Assembly (NCBI GenBank): GCA_963832105.1
Contig: CAWHSS010000003.1
Coordinates: 813,615 to 877,614, forward strand
From: an uncultured Chloroflexia bacterium
Lineage (GTDB): Bacteria; Chloroflexota; Limnocylindria; Limnocylindrales; CSP1-4
Length of the DNA: 64,000 nt
Direction of reading: 5' to 3'
Shown: in pieces, positions 1 through 12,932 of the stretch
Layout: each line of letters begins with the position of its first letter
Position numbering within the stretch: the first letter of the stretch is position 1
Made by a program: the position numbers and the translations under genes
Notes under the pieces: model-generated
Told to the model about the DNA's origin: nothing
What the model saw: the letters and a program-made list of their open reading frames with translations, nothing else
Databases searched by the model: none

Positions 1-3412
<3,412 letters not shown>

Positions 3413-3447
3413 TCAGGACACCTGTCGCATTGGGCTCACGATCATGA

Positions 3448-3456
3448 ATTCTACCA
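3448..3456 (-). promoter_or_regulatory. Extended -10 promoter element (TG-g-TAGAAT) for parA-parB-gyrB
   Basis: Reverse complement reads ATGGTAGAAT about 35 nt upstream of the parA start. Confidence 0.5.
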
Positions 3457-3582
3457 TCTGAGGGCCTCTCACTCATTCGGCGGAGCGTGCTTGGCCGCCC
3501 ACGCGGAAACGCAGGCCTAAGCGATGGCAAGGGCCTCTTACTGCCGCTCTCCGCGGCCGGCCTTGCCACGTTGTCCTAGAGC

Positions 3583-3598
3583 TGTTTCACGTGAAACG
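3583..3598. promoter_or_regulatory. parS: parS centromere-like site
   Basis: TGTTTCACGTGAAACG, 15/16 match to the canonical TGTTTCACGTGAAACA palindrome, about 170 bp upstream of parA. Confidence 0.9.
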
Positions 3599-3636
3599 TC
3601 GCCGGGTACCCTGTCCTCGATCAGCGCAACGGGGCG

Positions 3637-3665
3637 TTGCCCCATTGCAATGCCCGTGGGATACT
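3637..3665 (+). promoter_or_regulatory. Sigma70-type promoter for mreD-mrdA-rodA
   Basis: TTGCCC-17 bp-GATACT, about 90 bp upstream of the mreD ATG. Confidence 0.5.
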
Positions 3666-3753
3666 GCGCCCGACGTCGCCGCCGCAACGAGCGTCACGCA
3701 CGCGAGCAAACACGGCGGGCGCGACCCTGGCCAGACGCCGAGGATCGACCGCC

Positions 3754-4254
3754 ATGTCCCTGTTCGTCGCCGCGATCGGAGCGACGGTGACCGCGATCTT
3801 CGAACTCACCATCAGTCCATACCTGTCGGTGGGCAATGCCCAGCCGCACCTTGTCTTCATATTGGCGATCGTCTGCACCGTCGCTGTCGGGCTCGAAAGC
3901 GGGCTCGTCTGGGCCTTCGTCGGCGGTCTTGCCCTCGACGTGTTGGCGCAACGGCCGCTCGGCGTGTCCTCGTTCGCACTCATCGTCGTGGTTGGCATCG
4001 CCGCCTCGTTCGCTCGTCCATTCGTTCGGATCCGGCCGCTCGTGGTCGTTCCGGCTGTCGCCGTTCTTAGCCTCGTGTACTCAATGACCTTGTTTGTTCT
4101 CCTCGGAGCCCTGGGCTCCTCAGTCGCCATCAAAGACCCCATCGCCGCGCTGGCGCCGGGCGTGGTCTATGACGCCGTGGTCGCCGTGATCATCGGTCCG
4201 CTCGCGGTTGCCATCCACGACCGGTACGGGGACGAGGAGCGGGCCGACTGGTGA
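3754..4254 (+). CDS. mreD: Rod shape-determining protein MreD
   Basis: About 166 aa, five hydrophobic segments, PHLVFILAIV...GLVWAFVGGLALDVL; directly upstream of PBP2. ATG at 3754 chosen. Confidence 0.85.
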   Translation: MSLFVAAIGATVTAIFELTISPYLSVGNAQPHLVFILAIVCTVAVGLESGLVWAFVGGLALDVLAQRPLGVSSFALIVVVGIAASFARPFVRIRPLVVVPAVAVLSLVYSMTLFVLLGALGSSVAIKDPIAALAPGVVYDAVVAVIIGPLAVAIHDRYGDEERADW

Positions 4255-6177
4255 GCACCTCCTACCTGGACCGCCGCCACGAATACACGCGACCGCTGTC
4301 GCGGTTCTTGATCTTCGGATTGGCGGTGATCATCGGCCTGAGCGCGCTCACGGCTCGGCTGTTCTACCTCCAGGTCATGAACGGCGCTCAGTTCTCGACG
4401 CTGGCAGACGGGAACCGGACCGTCGTCCAGGCAATCCCGTCCTCACGCGGCCTGATCTACGACCGATCGGGGCAGGCCCTGGTCATCAACGTCCCGACGT
4501 TCGCGGTGAAGATTCGGCCGGCAGACCTCCCCGAGGATCGCCGGGACGAGGTCGTGACCCGCCTGTCGGCCCTCATCGGCACGCCCGTCCCCGACATCAA
4601 CGCGGCGATCGACGGCAATCCGGGCTCTCGGTTCGATCTCGTGCGGGTCGCTCAGGACGTTCCGAAGGGGACGGCCAACCTGATCGCCGAGGCAGGCTTC
4701 GACCTGCCGGGCGTCGAGGTCGTGATCGAGGCCCGACGCCAGTACGCCGAAGGCCCACTGCTGTCGCAGATCCTCGGCTACACAGGTCCGGTCTCGGCGG
4801 AGCAACTCGAAGAGCTGAAGACCGCGGGCTACCTGCCGGACGACCTGCTCGGGAAGACCGGGCTCGAGGCGTATTACGAGGATGACCTCAGAGGGACCTA
4901 CGGCGAGGAGACCGTCGAACGCGACGCCGCGGGGCGCAAGCTCCAGGTCCTCGACACCGTTGCCGAGGCGCAAGGCCGGCAACTCGCTTCGGCTGACGAT
5001 CGACACGAAGGAACAGAAGCTCGCCCAGCAGGCGCTCCAGTGGGGCATGAAGACGGTCGGCCTCAAGCGGGGCGTCGTCATCGTCATGAACCCGCAGACC
5101 GGCGAGGTCCTGGCGATGGTGAGCCTGCCGACATACGACAACAACTCGTTTGCGCGTGGCATCAGCGGCACGGACTTCGCCGCGCTCCTGGCGAACCCGG
5201 ACAAGCCGCTCCTCAATCACGCGGTCAGCGCCCACTACCCGCCCGGCTCGACGTACAAGCTCGTGGCGGGGACCGGCGCCCTCGCCGACAAGAAGATCAC
5301 GCCCTTCACGCGAGTTCAGACGAAGCCCTACCTCACGCTCGGGACGACGAAGTTCTGGGAATGGAATCACCGCGGCTGGGGCGGTTGCGACCTCGACTGC
5401 GGGTTCGGTCACTCGAGTGACACGTACTTCTTCCAGCTCTCGGGCATGCTCGGGATCGATCGGCTCGGGTACTGGGCCAAGGAGTACGGCTTCGGGGCGC
5501 CAACGGGGATCGATCTCCCCGGTGAGGTGTCCGGGATCGTGCCGACGAACGAGTGGAAGCTCCAGGCCCTCGGCGACGAGATCTTCCCGGGCGAGGTCTA
5601 CCAGGCCGGGATCGGGCAGGGCTACGACGCCGTGACCCCGCTCCAGCTGATCAACGCCTACGCGGCCCTTGCCAACGGCGGCAAGCTCTATGAGCCGCGC
5701 CTCGTCCACGATGTGCTCGGTCCCGACGGCCAGGTCGTCAAGGCATTCGAGCCGACGCTCATTCGCGAGCTCGACGTGAAGCCCAGCGTTCTGAAGGAGA
5801 TGCGCGAGGCCGCCCGATCGACCGTGACGATCCGTCACACCTACAACCTCGTGGATCTGCCGATCGTCATCGCGGGCAAGTCCGGAACCGCCGAGTTCGG
5901 CACGCGCGACAGCAAGGGCCGGCTGCCGTTCCACTCCTGGTTCGTCGGCTTCACCCCGAAAGACCCGACGAAGAAGCCGAGCGATCCCAACGGCCTGAAG
6001 GCCCTGGCAAAGGGCGACTCGGAGCTCGTCGTGCTCGCGTTCGCCTACGACTCGCGGACGAAGGGCAACATGGCGACCGAGATCGTCAAGTACTACATGC
6101 AGCTCCACTACGGGATCAAGAAGGACTACAGGAACTTCGATCTCCTGGAGCGCGGCAACTTCTACCAGTCGAACTGA
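4251..6177 (+). CDS. mrdA: Penicillin-binding protein 2 (one apparent frameshift near 4975)
   Basis: TM anchor plus RGLIYDRSG dimerisation domain in ORF 4251-5420; transpeptidase motifs PPGSTYK (SxxK), HSSDTYF (SxD) and KSGT in ORF 4882-6177. Confidence 0.93.
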
Positions 6178-6208
6178 GCGTGGACATGACGGCAAGGCAG
6201 GAAATGAA

Positions 6209-7370
6209 TTGGGCGTGATCCGGGCCGAGCCCGCGCGCGTGACCGATTGGGCGGCCCGCTCGATCGGCGCGGCGTGGCGCGCCTTCGACCTGCAGATGGC
6301 CGCGTACGCCGCGTTGCTCGTCGCGATCGGGCTGGTGATGGCCTACAGCAACAGCGCGGAGCAGGGCCGTTCGGTCCTCGAGGGTGGAACGACGTTCGTG
6401 CGCGGCCTGATGTGGACCGGGATCGCGCTCATCGTCTACGTCGTCGCGACCGCCTTCGATTACAAGTGGCTCAAGACGTTCGCCTGGCCGCTGTACGCAC
6501 TTCAGCTCGGCCTGCTGGTCACGACCCTGGCGATCGGCCACGGCGTCGGTGGATCCGCCCGCTGGGTCTCGATCGGCCCGTTCGACTTCCAGTTCAGCGA
6601 GCTGGCGAAGATCCTGATGATCGTCGTCCTCGCGAACTACCTCGTCGGCCCGACAGGGCCGGCTGAGCTCGCTCGCGTCGATCCTCGGCGCCTGCATCCT
6701 CGTCGTTCCGCCATGGATCCTCGTGATGATCCAGCCTGACCTCGGTACGTCGCTCGTGCTCCTGGCCGTCCTCGGCGGGATGCTCTTCATGTCAGGTGCG
6801 AGCCTGCGCTGGCTCGGCGTGCTCGTCGGCACGGCCCTCGCCTCGTTCCCGTTCGTCTGGACCTACATCCTGCGCGACTACCAGAAGCAACGGATCGTCA
6901 GCTTCCTCGATCCGGCGTCGGACATGCAGGGCGCGGGCTACCAGCTCTTCCAGTCGCAGATCGCGGTCGGGTCGGGTGGCTGGTTCGGCAAGGGGCTGAC
7001 GAACGGCACGCAGAACCAGCTGAACTTCCTGCCGGTCCAGGAGAGCGACTTCGTCGCCGCGATCTACCTGGAGGAACTCGGATTCCTCGGGGCGATGCTG
7101 CTGATCGTCCTGTTCGGAGCGCTCCTCTGGCGGATCCTCGTGTCCGGATGGCGGTCGCGCGATCCCTTCGGGATGATGTTCGCCAGCGGACTCGCCTCGA
7201 TGATCCTGTTCCAGCTTGTCGTGAACCTCGGCATGGTCATCGGGATCATGCCGATCACGGGCATCCCGCTGCCGTTCATCTCGCACGGCGGAGCCTCGCT
7301 CATCAGCCTCGCCGTCGGCCTCGGCATCCTTCAGAGCGTGAACATCAGGCAAACCCGGGCGGAGTGGTGA
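6209..7370 (+). CDS. rodA: SEDS peptidoglycan polymerase RodA (frameshifted near 6650-6720)
   Basis: GGSARWVSIGPFDFQFSELAK, QPDLGT, GYQLFQSQIAVGSGG, PVQESDF, GIPLPFISHGG. Confidence 0.93.
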
Positions 7371-7425
7371 CGCGCGCCCATTGAACGGGCGATTTCACCG
7401 AGTCCGTGGCCGGCCAGCGACTCCT

Positions 7426-8135
7426 TCAGCGCCGCCTGAACAGGCCTCGTTGTTTCGTGGCATCTGCCGAAGCTGAAGTCCGGCGTCCGGCGCGGCGCAG
7501 GATCCCGTCGATCTCGTCGCGATACGGCCGCCCGATCGGCATCCGATCCAGCCACTCGATGTACTCGAGATCGGCCCGCCCGACCTCTCCGAGCGACCAG
7601 CCGGCGTAGCGGCCGAAGTTCAGGACGCTGCCCGACGGGTTGCCCGGCGCCGGGCCGGCGGCCCCGAAGCCCTCCGGCGCGCGCATCGTCTTGGCGTCGT
7701 AGCCACCGCCGATCGGTCGAGCGGCCCGGCGTCCAGTCCCGCGACACCACGTCGGGCGGTCGCGGCCCGGGAGGCCGCGCCTGAACCGGCGGCGGAGCAC
7801 CAGCGCCGGTAGCTCCCGGTGGAGCACCCGCCGGCGGCGAGGCGGGCCGCGCTCCGCCAGGCCGCGGCGCCTCGGGCTGTGGCGCCCGTCTGGGCGAGGT
7901 CGGCCGCTGCCGCACGGCGAGCCTGATCGAAGCTCGCCCGCCGCTTCGGGTCGCCGATCGTCTCCCAGGCCGCGTTGATCGCTACCATCCGGTTGATCGC
8001 CTCCTGCCCGGTCGATCGGTCGGGATGGTATTTCTGGGCAAGCCGGCGGTAGGCGGCCTGGATGACCTCATCCTCCGCCTCCGGATCGACCTGCAGGATC
8101 TTGTACGGATCGGGTGCGTCCGCCACCGTCCTCAC
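7426..8135 (-). CDS. J-domain (DnaJ-like) protein with C-terminal FGRY..W.L.E...YIEWL domain (frameshifted in the linker)
   Basis: DPYKILQV...AYRRLAQKYHPD (HPD motif) in ORF 7620-8135; LNFGRYAGWSLGEVGRADLEYIEWL in ORF 7426-7827. Confidence 0.8.
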
Positions 8136-9455
8136 GCCCCCGCGGCGGCGACGTCGGCGGGCTCGGCCGGCCCGCTCGAGACGACCATCGGGCGAGCCCG
8201 GATGATCGCGATCGCCTCGTCGGGCGTCGCCGGCGGCTCGTCGAGCCGATGGAAGAGATATCGGAAGACGTCGCGTCCGGCGGCCGCGACCGGCAGCGCC
8301 AGGATCGCCCCGAGCAGGCCCGCGATCGCGCCGCCGATGACGAGGGCGAGCATCACGGCGCTCGGGTGGAGCTCCACGGCGTCACCCTGGATCTTCGGCA
8401 CGAGGAGGTTGTTCTCGAGCTGCTGGATGACGGTGTAGAGCACGACCGCGGCGACGGCCGCGTCGATCCCGCCGGTCAGCGCGAGGAGCACGGCCGGAAT
8501 CGCGGCGATGATCGGGCCGATGATCGGCAGGAGCTCGAGGACCCCGGCGATGATCGAAAGGAGCAACGCAAACCGTCCGAACACTGGATCGATCGTGCCG
8601 CTCAGCAGCAGCAGTCCAGCGAACGTCGCAACGCCGACCGTGATGCCAAGGAACAGCTGGCCGCGAAGCCACTGGGCGAATACGCGCAGGACGAGGCCGC
8701 TGACCGCCCTCACGTCCGGCCACCATTCGGCCGGCATCGACCGCTCGGCGGCGGCGGCGAGCGCCGGCCGATCCTTGATCAGGTAGAAGATCCAGACCGG
8801 AATGATGATGTAGCCGACGATCGAGCCGACGATCCCGGCGATCCCGGTAACCACGGGAAGAAGGGCCGAGGGATCGATCCCACCGACGCCCTGCCCGAGG
8901 TCGAGGAGCCAGCCGTCGATCGCCTGGCGGAGCGCCGGCGGCAGGTCGAGGTGGGCATACATGTCGGCGACCTGGGCCGTGAACGACGGGAACTCGCGGA
9001 TGAACGTCGCGAGCTCCGTGCCGAGCGGGCGCAGCACGATCGACAGGGCCTGGGCCGTGACCACGACCACGACGGCGTACACGATCAGGACCGACACCCA
9101 GCGTGGCAGGCCGAGCCGGGCCATCCGCTCGACCGGGAGGTCGAGGAGATAGGCGAGGACGAGACCGACGACAAACGGACCGAGCGCCGAGCGCCCGAGA
9201 TAGAGGATCGCGAACAGGACGATCGCGCCGGCGATCACGAGGCCCACGCGGGGGGTCGGCGGCCCGATGCGCGCGGCGCCGGAGCGCCGGGGCGGCGACG
9301 GTGGCGATGGGCGGCGGGGTCGGTTCGGACGGCCTCGTCGTGGGCTCGACGGCGCGCTCGACCGGGGGCTCCGGTGGGGGTTTCGAGGCCTCGGCCTGGG
9401 GCCGAACCGGCTCAGCGGGTGACGGTGCCGGGTCGGGCCCGACGGGCTCGTCCAT
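8132..9455 (-). CDS. AI-2E (PerM/UPF0118) family transporter; start uncertain (9247, or 9455 with a frameshift)
   Basis: AYLLDLPVERM, WLRGQL, LELLPIIGPIIA, QQLENNLLVPKIQG..V.LHP motifs. Confidence 0.88.
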
Positions 9456-9476
9456 CGTTGCCGCAGACTACCAGAC

Positions 9477-10208
9477 GTGGACCCGCCGACCGAGCCTCGC
9501 GCCGCACCCGAATCCGCCCCGCCGCCACCGCCCGAGGCGCGGCAGCGCTGGCGGCTGACGTTCAGCCGGCGCCCGGCGGGGGAGGGGGAGACGCCGAGCG
9601 GCCGCGACTACATCTCTCTATGGGAGGCGGCGCTTGCGGAGTCGGGCCTGCCGGTCGCGACGAACGACGCGGGTCGGTATCGCTTCGCCCTCGCGGCGCC
9701 GCTGCCTGCGCGAACCTCGGGCAGCGCGGAACTGGCCGACCTTTGGCTGACAGAACGCAGCCCGGCCTGGCGGGTCCGGGAGGGACTCGAAGGCGTCCTG
9801 CCGGCAGGGCACGCGCTCGTGGCGCTCGAGGACATCTGGCCGGGCGCCCCGGCGCTGGCCGGGCGCGTCGCCGCAGCCGATTACGTCGTGGCTCTCGAAG
9901 GGTCAGTGGACGAACCCGCGATTGCGGCTGCGGCAGGCCGGCTGCTCGCGGCCGACCGGCTCCCGCGCGAGCGAGCGAAGGGCGGCGGGGTGAAGTCGTA
10001 CGACCTGCGACCGCTGCTCATCTCAATCGATACGGCCGTCGAAGACGAACGGGTCGTCGTCCGGGTGCGGACCCGGATCCACCCAGAACTGGGTTCTGGC
10101 CGGCCTGAGGAGGTGGTCGCCGCGCTCGCCGATGCGTGCGCCTCCGTGCTCGAGCCGCTCGAGACCGTGCGCGAACGGCTCGTCCTCGCCGACGATCTCG
10201 AGGGTTGA
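9477..10208 (+). CDS. TIGR03936/DUF2344 radical-SAM-linked protein
   Basis: RYRFALAAPLP..SG.AELADL, R.KGGGVKSYDLRPL, GSGRPEEV, matching remembered family features. Confidence 0.75.
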   Translation: MDPPTEPRAAPESAPPPPPEARQRWRLTFSRRPAGEGETPSGRDYISLWEAALAESGLPVATNDAGRYRFALAAPLPARTSGSAELADLWLTERSPAWRVREGLEGVLPAGHALVALEDIWPGAPALAGRVAAADYVVALEGSVDEPAIAAAAGRLLAADRLPRERAKGGGVKSYDLRPLLISIDTAVEDERVVVRVRTRIHPELGSGRPEEVVAALADACASVLEPLETVRERLVLADDLEG

Positions 10209-10214
10209 TGTCCC

Positions 10215-10421
10215 ATGCCGGACCCGATCGTGCTCAGGAGCATCCTGATCGCCATCGCCATTGCCGCGATCGTCCTGCGAGTGGTGGCATTCAGGGGCCC
10301 GGGCAGGCGCGGTTCGGCGACGGTCGCAACGCTCGTCCTCTTCGCGATCCTGGCCCTGAGCCTGGGGCTCTTTGCCTGGTCCGTGGTCGGTGCATATGTC
10401 GACCGGCTGCCGCACGATTGA
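10215..10421 (+). CDS. Small two-TM hypothetical membrane protein
   Basis: 68 aa ORF with two hydrophobic stretches filling the gap before the rplU promoter. Confidence 0.6.
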   Translation: MPDPIVLRSILIAIAIAAIVLRVVAFRGPGRRGSATVATLVLFAILALSLGLFAWSVVGAYVDRLPHD

Positions 10422-10447
10422 CGCTCAGCGCGGGTTCGACATACACT
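10418..10447 (+). promoter_or_regulatory. Sigma70-type promoter for rplU-rpmA-rpmE
   Basis: TTGACG-18 bp-TACACT, 90 bp upstream of rplU. Confidence 0.65.
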
Positions 10448-10536
10448 CCGCATTCGCGTCTCGGGCCTGCCGAGCGCCTCTCCCTGTCCGCTGTCGCGCT
10501 CGCCGCATGCGAACGCCACGTAACTCCTGAGGATCC

Positions 10537-11166
10537 ATGTACGCAGTCATCGAGACCGGCGGAAAGCAGTACCGCGTCGAGGTCGGAACAGAACTCGAAG
10601 TGGAGCTGCTCGACGTCGAGCCCGGTCAGGCGATCACGCTCGACCGCGTGCTGCTCGTCGCCGACGGCGACGAGTCGTCGATCGGCCGCCCGCTCGTCGC
10701 CGACGCCGCCGTCAGCGCGGAGGTTCTCCGCCAGACCCGCGGCGAGAAGCTCATCTCATTCAAGTACCGCCCGAAGGCGCGAAGCCGAGTCAAGAAGGGC
10801 CATCGCCAGGAGCTGACGGTCCTCCGGATCACGGACGTGCGGCTCGGGAAGAAGAGCGCCGCCGAGGCCGTCCGCAAGGCCGAGGCCGAAGCCAAGACCG
10901 AGCGCCAGCGCCTCGAGGAGGCCGCCGCCAAGCAGGCCGCTGCGGACGCCGCGCTCGCCGCCAAGCTCGCCAAGAGCAGCGCCGCGGAAGAGAAGTCGAC
11001 CAAGGCTTCGGCGAAGGCCGCGCCCAAGTCGGCCGCCAAGACCGAGACCAAGTCGGCCGCCAAGAAGCCGGCTGCCAAGGCGTCGGCCGCCGACGACAAG
11101 GCCAAGAAGCCCGCGTCGAAGGCCGATGCGCCCAAGAAGACCACCCGCGCGAAGAAGGACGAGTAA
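10537..11166 (+). CDS. rplU: 50S ribosomal protein L21 with long Ala/Lys-rich C-terminal extension
   Basis: [14 protein letters not shown]...[14 protein letters not shown]; 209 aa. Confidence 0.97.
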   Translation: MYAVIETGGKQYRVEVGTELEVELLDVEPGQAITLDRVLLVADGDESSIGRPLVADAAVSAEVLRQTRGEKLISFKYRPKARSRVKKGHRQELTVLRITDVRLGKKSAAEAVRKAEAEAKTERQRLEEAAAKQAAADAALAAKLAKSSAAEEKSTKASAKAAPKSAAKTETKSAAKKPAAKASAADDKAKKPASKADAPKKTTRAKKDE

Positions 11167-11171
11167 CCGAG

Positions 11172-11612
11172 ATGGCCCACAAGAAGGCAGGCGGCAGCGT
11201 CAAGAACGGCCGCGACAGCGTCGGCCAGCGGCTCGGCGTGAAGGCCGGCGACGGCCAGCTCGTCCCGGCCGGCTCGATCATCGTCCGCCAGCGCGGCATG
11301 ACGTTCCTGTCGGGAACGGGAACCGGCCTCGGGCGGGATTACACGGTGTTTGCGACCGTGACCGGCCGCGTCAGGTTCGAGAACGCCAGGAAAGACAAGA
11401 AGCGGATCCGCGTGATTTCGGCCGACGAGATCGCCGCCGCTGCCGCCCGCGCTGCGGCCGTCGAATCAGCGTCGACGGCGAAGAAGGCCGGCAAGGCCGA
11501 GCGCGCCAAGTCGTCAGCATCTGCGCCGAAGCGCTCCACCGCGAAGCCCGCAGCCGCGAAGCCCGCAGCCACAAAGCCCGCAGCCGAATCGGCCCAGGCG
11601 GCCGAAGCCTAG
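11172..11612 (+). CDS. rpmA: 50S ribosomal protein L27 with Ala/Lys-rich C-terminal extension
   Basis: [24 protein letters not shown]...IIVRQRG...GRDYTVFA; 146 aa. Confidence 0.97.
   Translation: MAHKKAGGSVKNGRDSVGQRLGVKAGDGQLVPAGSIIVRQRGMTFLSGTGTGLGRDYTVFATVTGRVRFENARKDKKRIRVISADEIAAAAARAAAVESASTAKKAGKAERAKSSASAPKRSTAKPAAAKPAATKPAAESAQAAEA
11541..11585 (+). repeat. 3 x 15-bp tandem repeat encoding (A/T)KPAA in the L27 tail
   Basis: GCGAAGCCCGCAGCC twice, then ACAAAGCCCGCAGCC. Confidence 0.9.
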
Positions 11613-11681
11613 AACCACGACAGCCGGCGACCACCGGCGGGGCGATGGCCCTGCACGGACGGCGTCGGAGGAGAAGCAACA

Positions 11682-11894
11682 GTGAAGCCCGAGATCCATC
11701 CCAAGTATTACGAAGCCAAGGTCCATTGCGGCTCGTGCGGCACCGAGTGGACGGTCGGCTCGACCCGACCGGAGCTGCGCGTCGATGTCTGCGCCAGCTG
11801 CCACCCGTTCTTCACGGGGACGCAGAACATCATCGACACCGCCGGCCAGGTCGAGCGGTTCCAGAAGCGCCTGGAGCGCACGGCCAAGGCCTAG
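11682..11894 (+). CDS. rpmE: 50S ribosomal protein L31 (Zn-binding form)
   Basis: MKPEIHPKY...CGSCG...DVCASCHPFFTG. Confidence 0.97.
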   Translation: MKPEIHPKYYEAKVHCGSCGTEWTVGSTRPELRVDVCASCHPFFTGTQNIIDTAGQVERFQKRLERTAKA

Positions 11895-11918
11895 GTCGCC
11901 CCTGGGCAGAACCACGCA

Positions 11919-11946
11919 GGCGGGTCCGAAGGGCCCGCCGTTGATT
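11919..11946 (+). terminator. Probable intrinsic terminator after rpmE
   Basis: GGCGGGTCC-GAA-GGGCCCGCC hairpin followed by a weak T tract. Confidence 0.55.
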
Positions 11947-12156
11947 CACGTCGCCAGACCGCCGCCGTGCTACCTACCAGTCCCGTGGCGACTACTAATC
12001 GGTCTGACCAGGCTTCCGAAGCGATCACCAGTCGTCAGGAGACTGGTACGAAGAACGCTCGTGCACGAGACGGCTCGGAGCCTCGGGTGGGCTGCCAGTA
12101 CCGTGGAACTGATCGGCGAGGCCGACACTGCGGCAGCAAGCGCCTACGATTCGAGC

Positions 12157-12882
12157 GTGCTCGATGACGTCACGACCTGGCAGGGCGACAGCCGCGAGCT
12201 GCTCGCCCGCATCCCGGACCACAGCGTCGACCTCATCTGCACCGACCCGCCGTACAACCTCGGTGGCTACTCGACCGGCAACATCAAGATGGCCTGGCGG
12301 TCCGACTTCAACAACGACGTCGCCGCCTGGGACCAGATCGCCTTCGAGCCGTCAGAGTGGCTCGCGGAGTTCCGCCGCGTCCTGAAGCCGACCGGCACGA
12401 TCTTCGCGTTCACGAGCTACAACATGCTCGGACGCTGGCACGAGGTGTTCGATCCCGCGTTCGACACCTTCCAGTTCATCGTCTGGCACAAGACGAACCC
12501 GCCGCCGAAGCTTCGGCGCGTCGGCTTCCTGAACAGCTGCGAGCTGATCGTCTGCTGCTGGGACAAGGGCCACACCTGGAACTTCACCCGCCAGCGCGAC
12601 ATGCACAACTTCATCGAGGCGCCGATCTGCAGCGGCAACGAGCGGGTGAAGGATCCGGTCCACCCGACCCAGAAGCCGCTCCGCGTGCTGCGCCGCCTCA
12701 TCGAGCTGGCGTCCGCGCCCGGTGACCTCGTCCTCGACCCGTTCATGGGCGTCGGATCGACGGGGGTCGCGGCGGTCGAGCTCGGCCGCCGCTTTGTCGG
12801 AATCGAGATCGACGAAGGCTACGTGGATGCCGCCCGGCGGCGGATCGACGTCGCTTCGGCGAAGGTGGCCGCGGCGGGCTGA
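12157..12882 (+). CDS. Orphan beta-class N4-cytosine/N6-adenine DNA methyltransferase
   Basis: Motif IV TDPPY near the N-terminus, HPTQKP, and motif I DPFMGVGST near the C-terminus. GTG at 12157 is preceded by TACGAT at 6 nt (leaderless-type start). Confidence 0.9.
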   Translation: MLDDVTTWQGDSRELLARIPDHSVDLICTDPPYNLGGYSTGNIKMAWRSDFNNDVAAWDQIAFEPSEWLAEFRRVLKPTGTIFAFTSYNMLGRWHEVFDPAFDTFQFIVWHKTNPPPKLRRVGFLNSCELIVCCWDKGHTWNFTRQRDMHNFIEAPICSGNERVKDPVHPTQKPLRVLRRLIELASAPGDLVLDPFMGVGSTGVAAVELGRRFVGIEIDEGYVDAARRRIDVASAKVAAAG

Positions 12883-12932
12883 CGCGACGGCCGTACGGGG
12901 CGGGATCGGTGACAGCCGGTAGACTTCCCGCC

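Noticed and set aside
3413-3700. oriC / DnaA-box cluster near parS
   Set aside because: No TTATCCACA-like boxes or AT-rich unwinding element were found by eye.
10430-10450. tRNA-like GGTTCGA
   Set aside because: No cloverleaf; the sequence is the spacer of the rplU promoter.
11785-12156. 124-aa N-terminal extension of the methyltransferase
   Set aside because: It overlaps rpmE and its terminator; a promoter-like TACGAT and GTG at 12157 give a typical MTase N-terminus.
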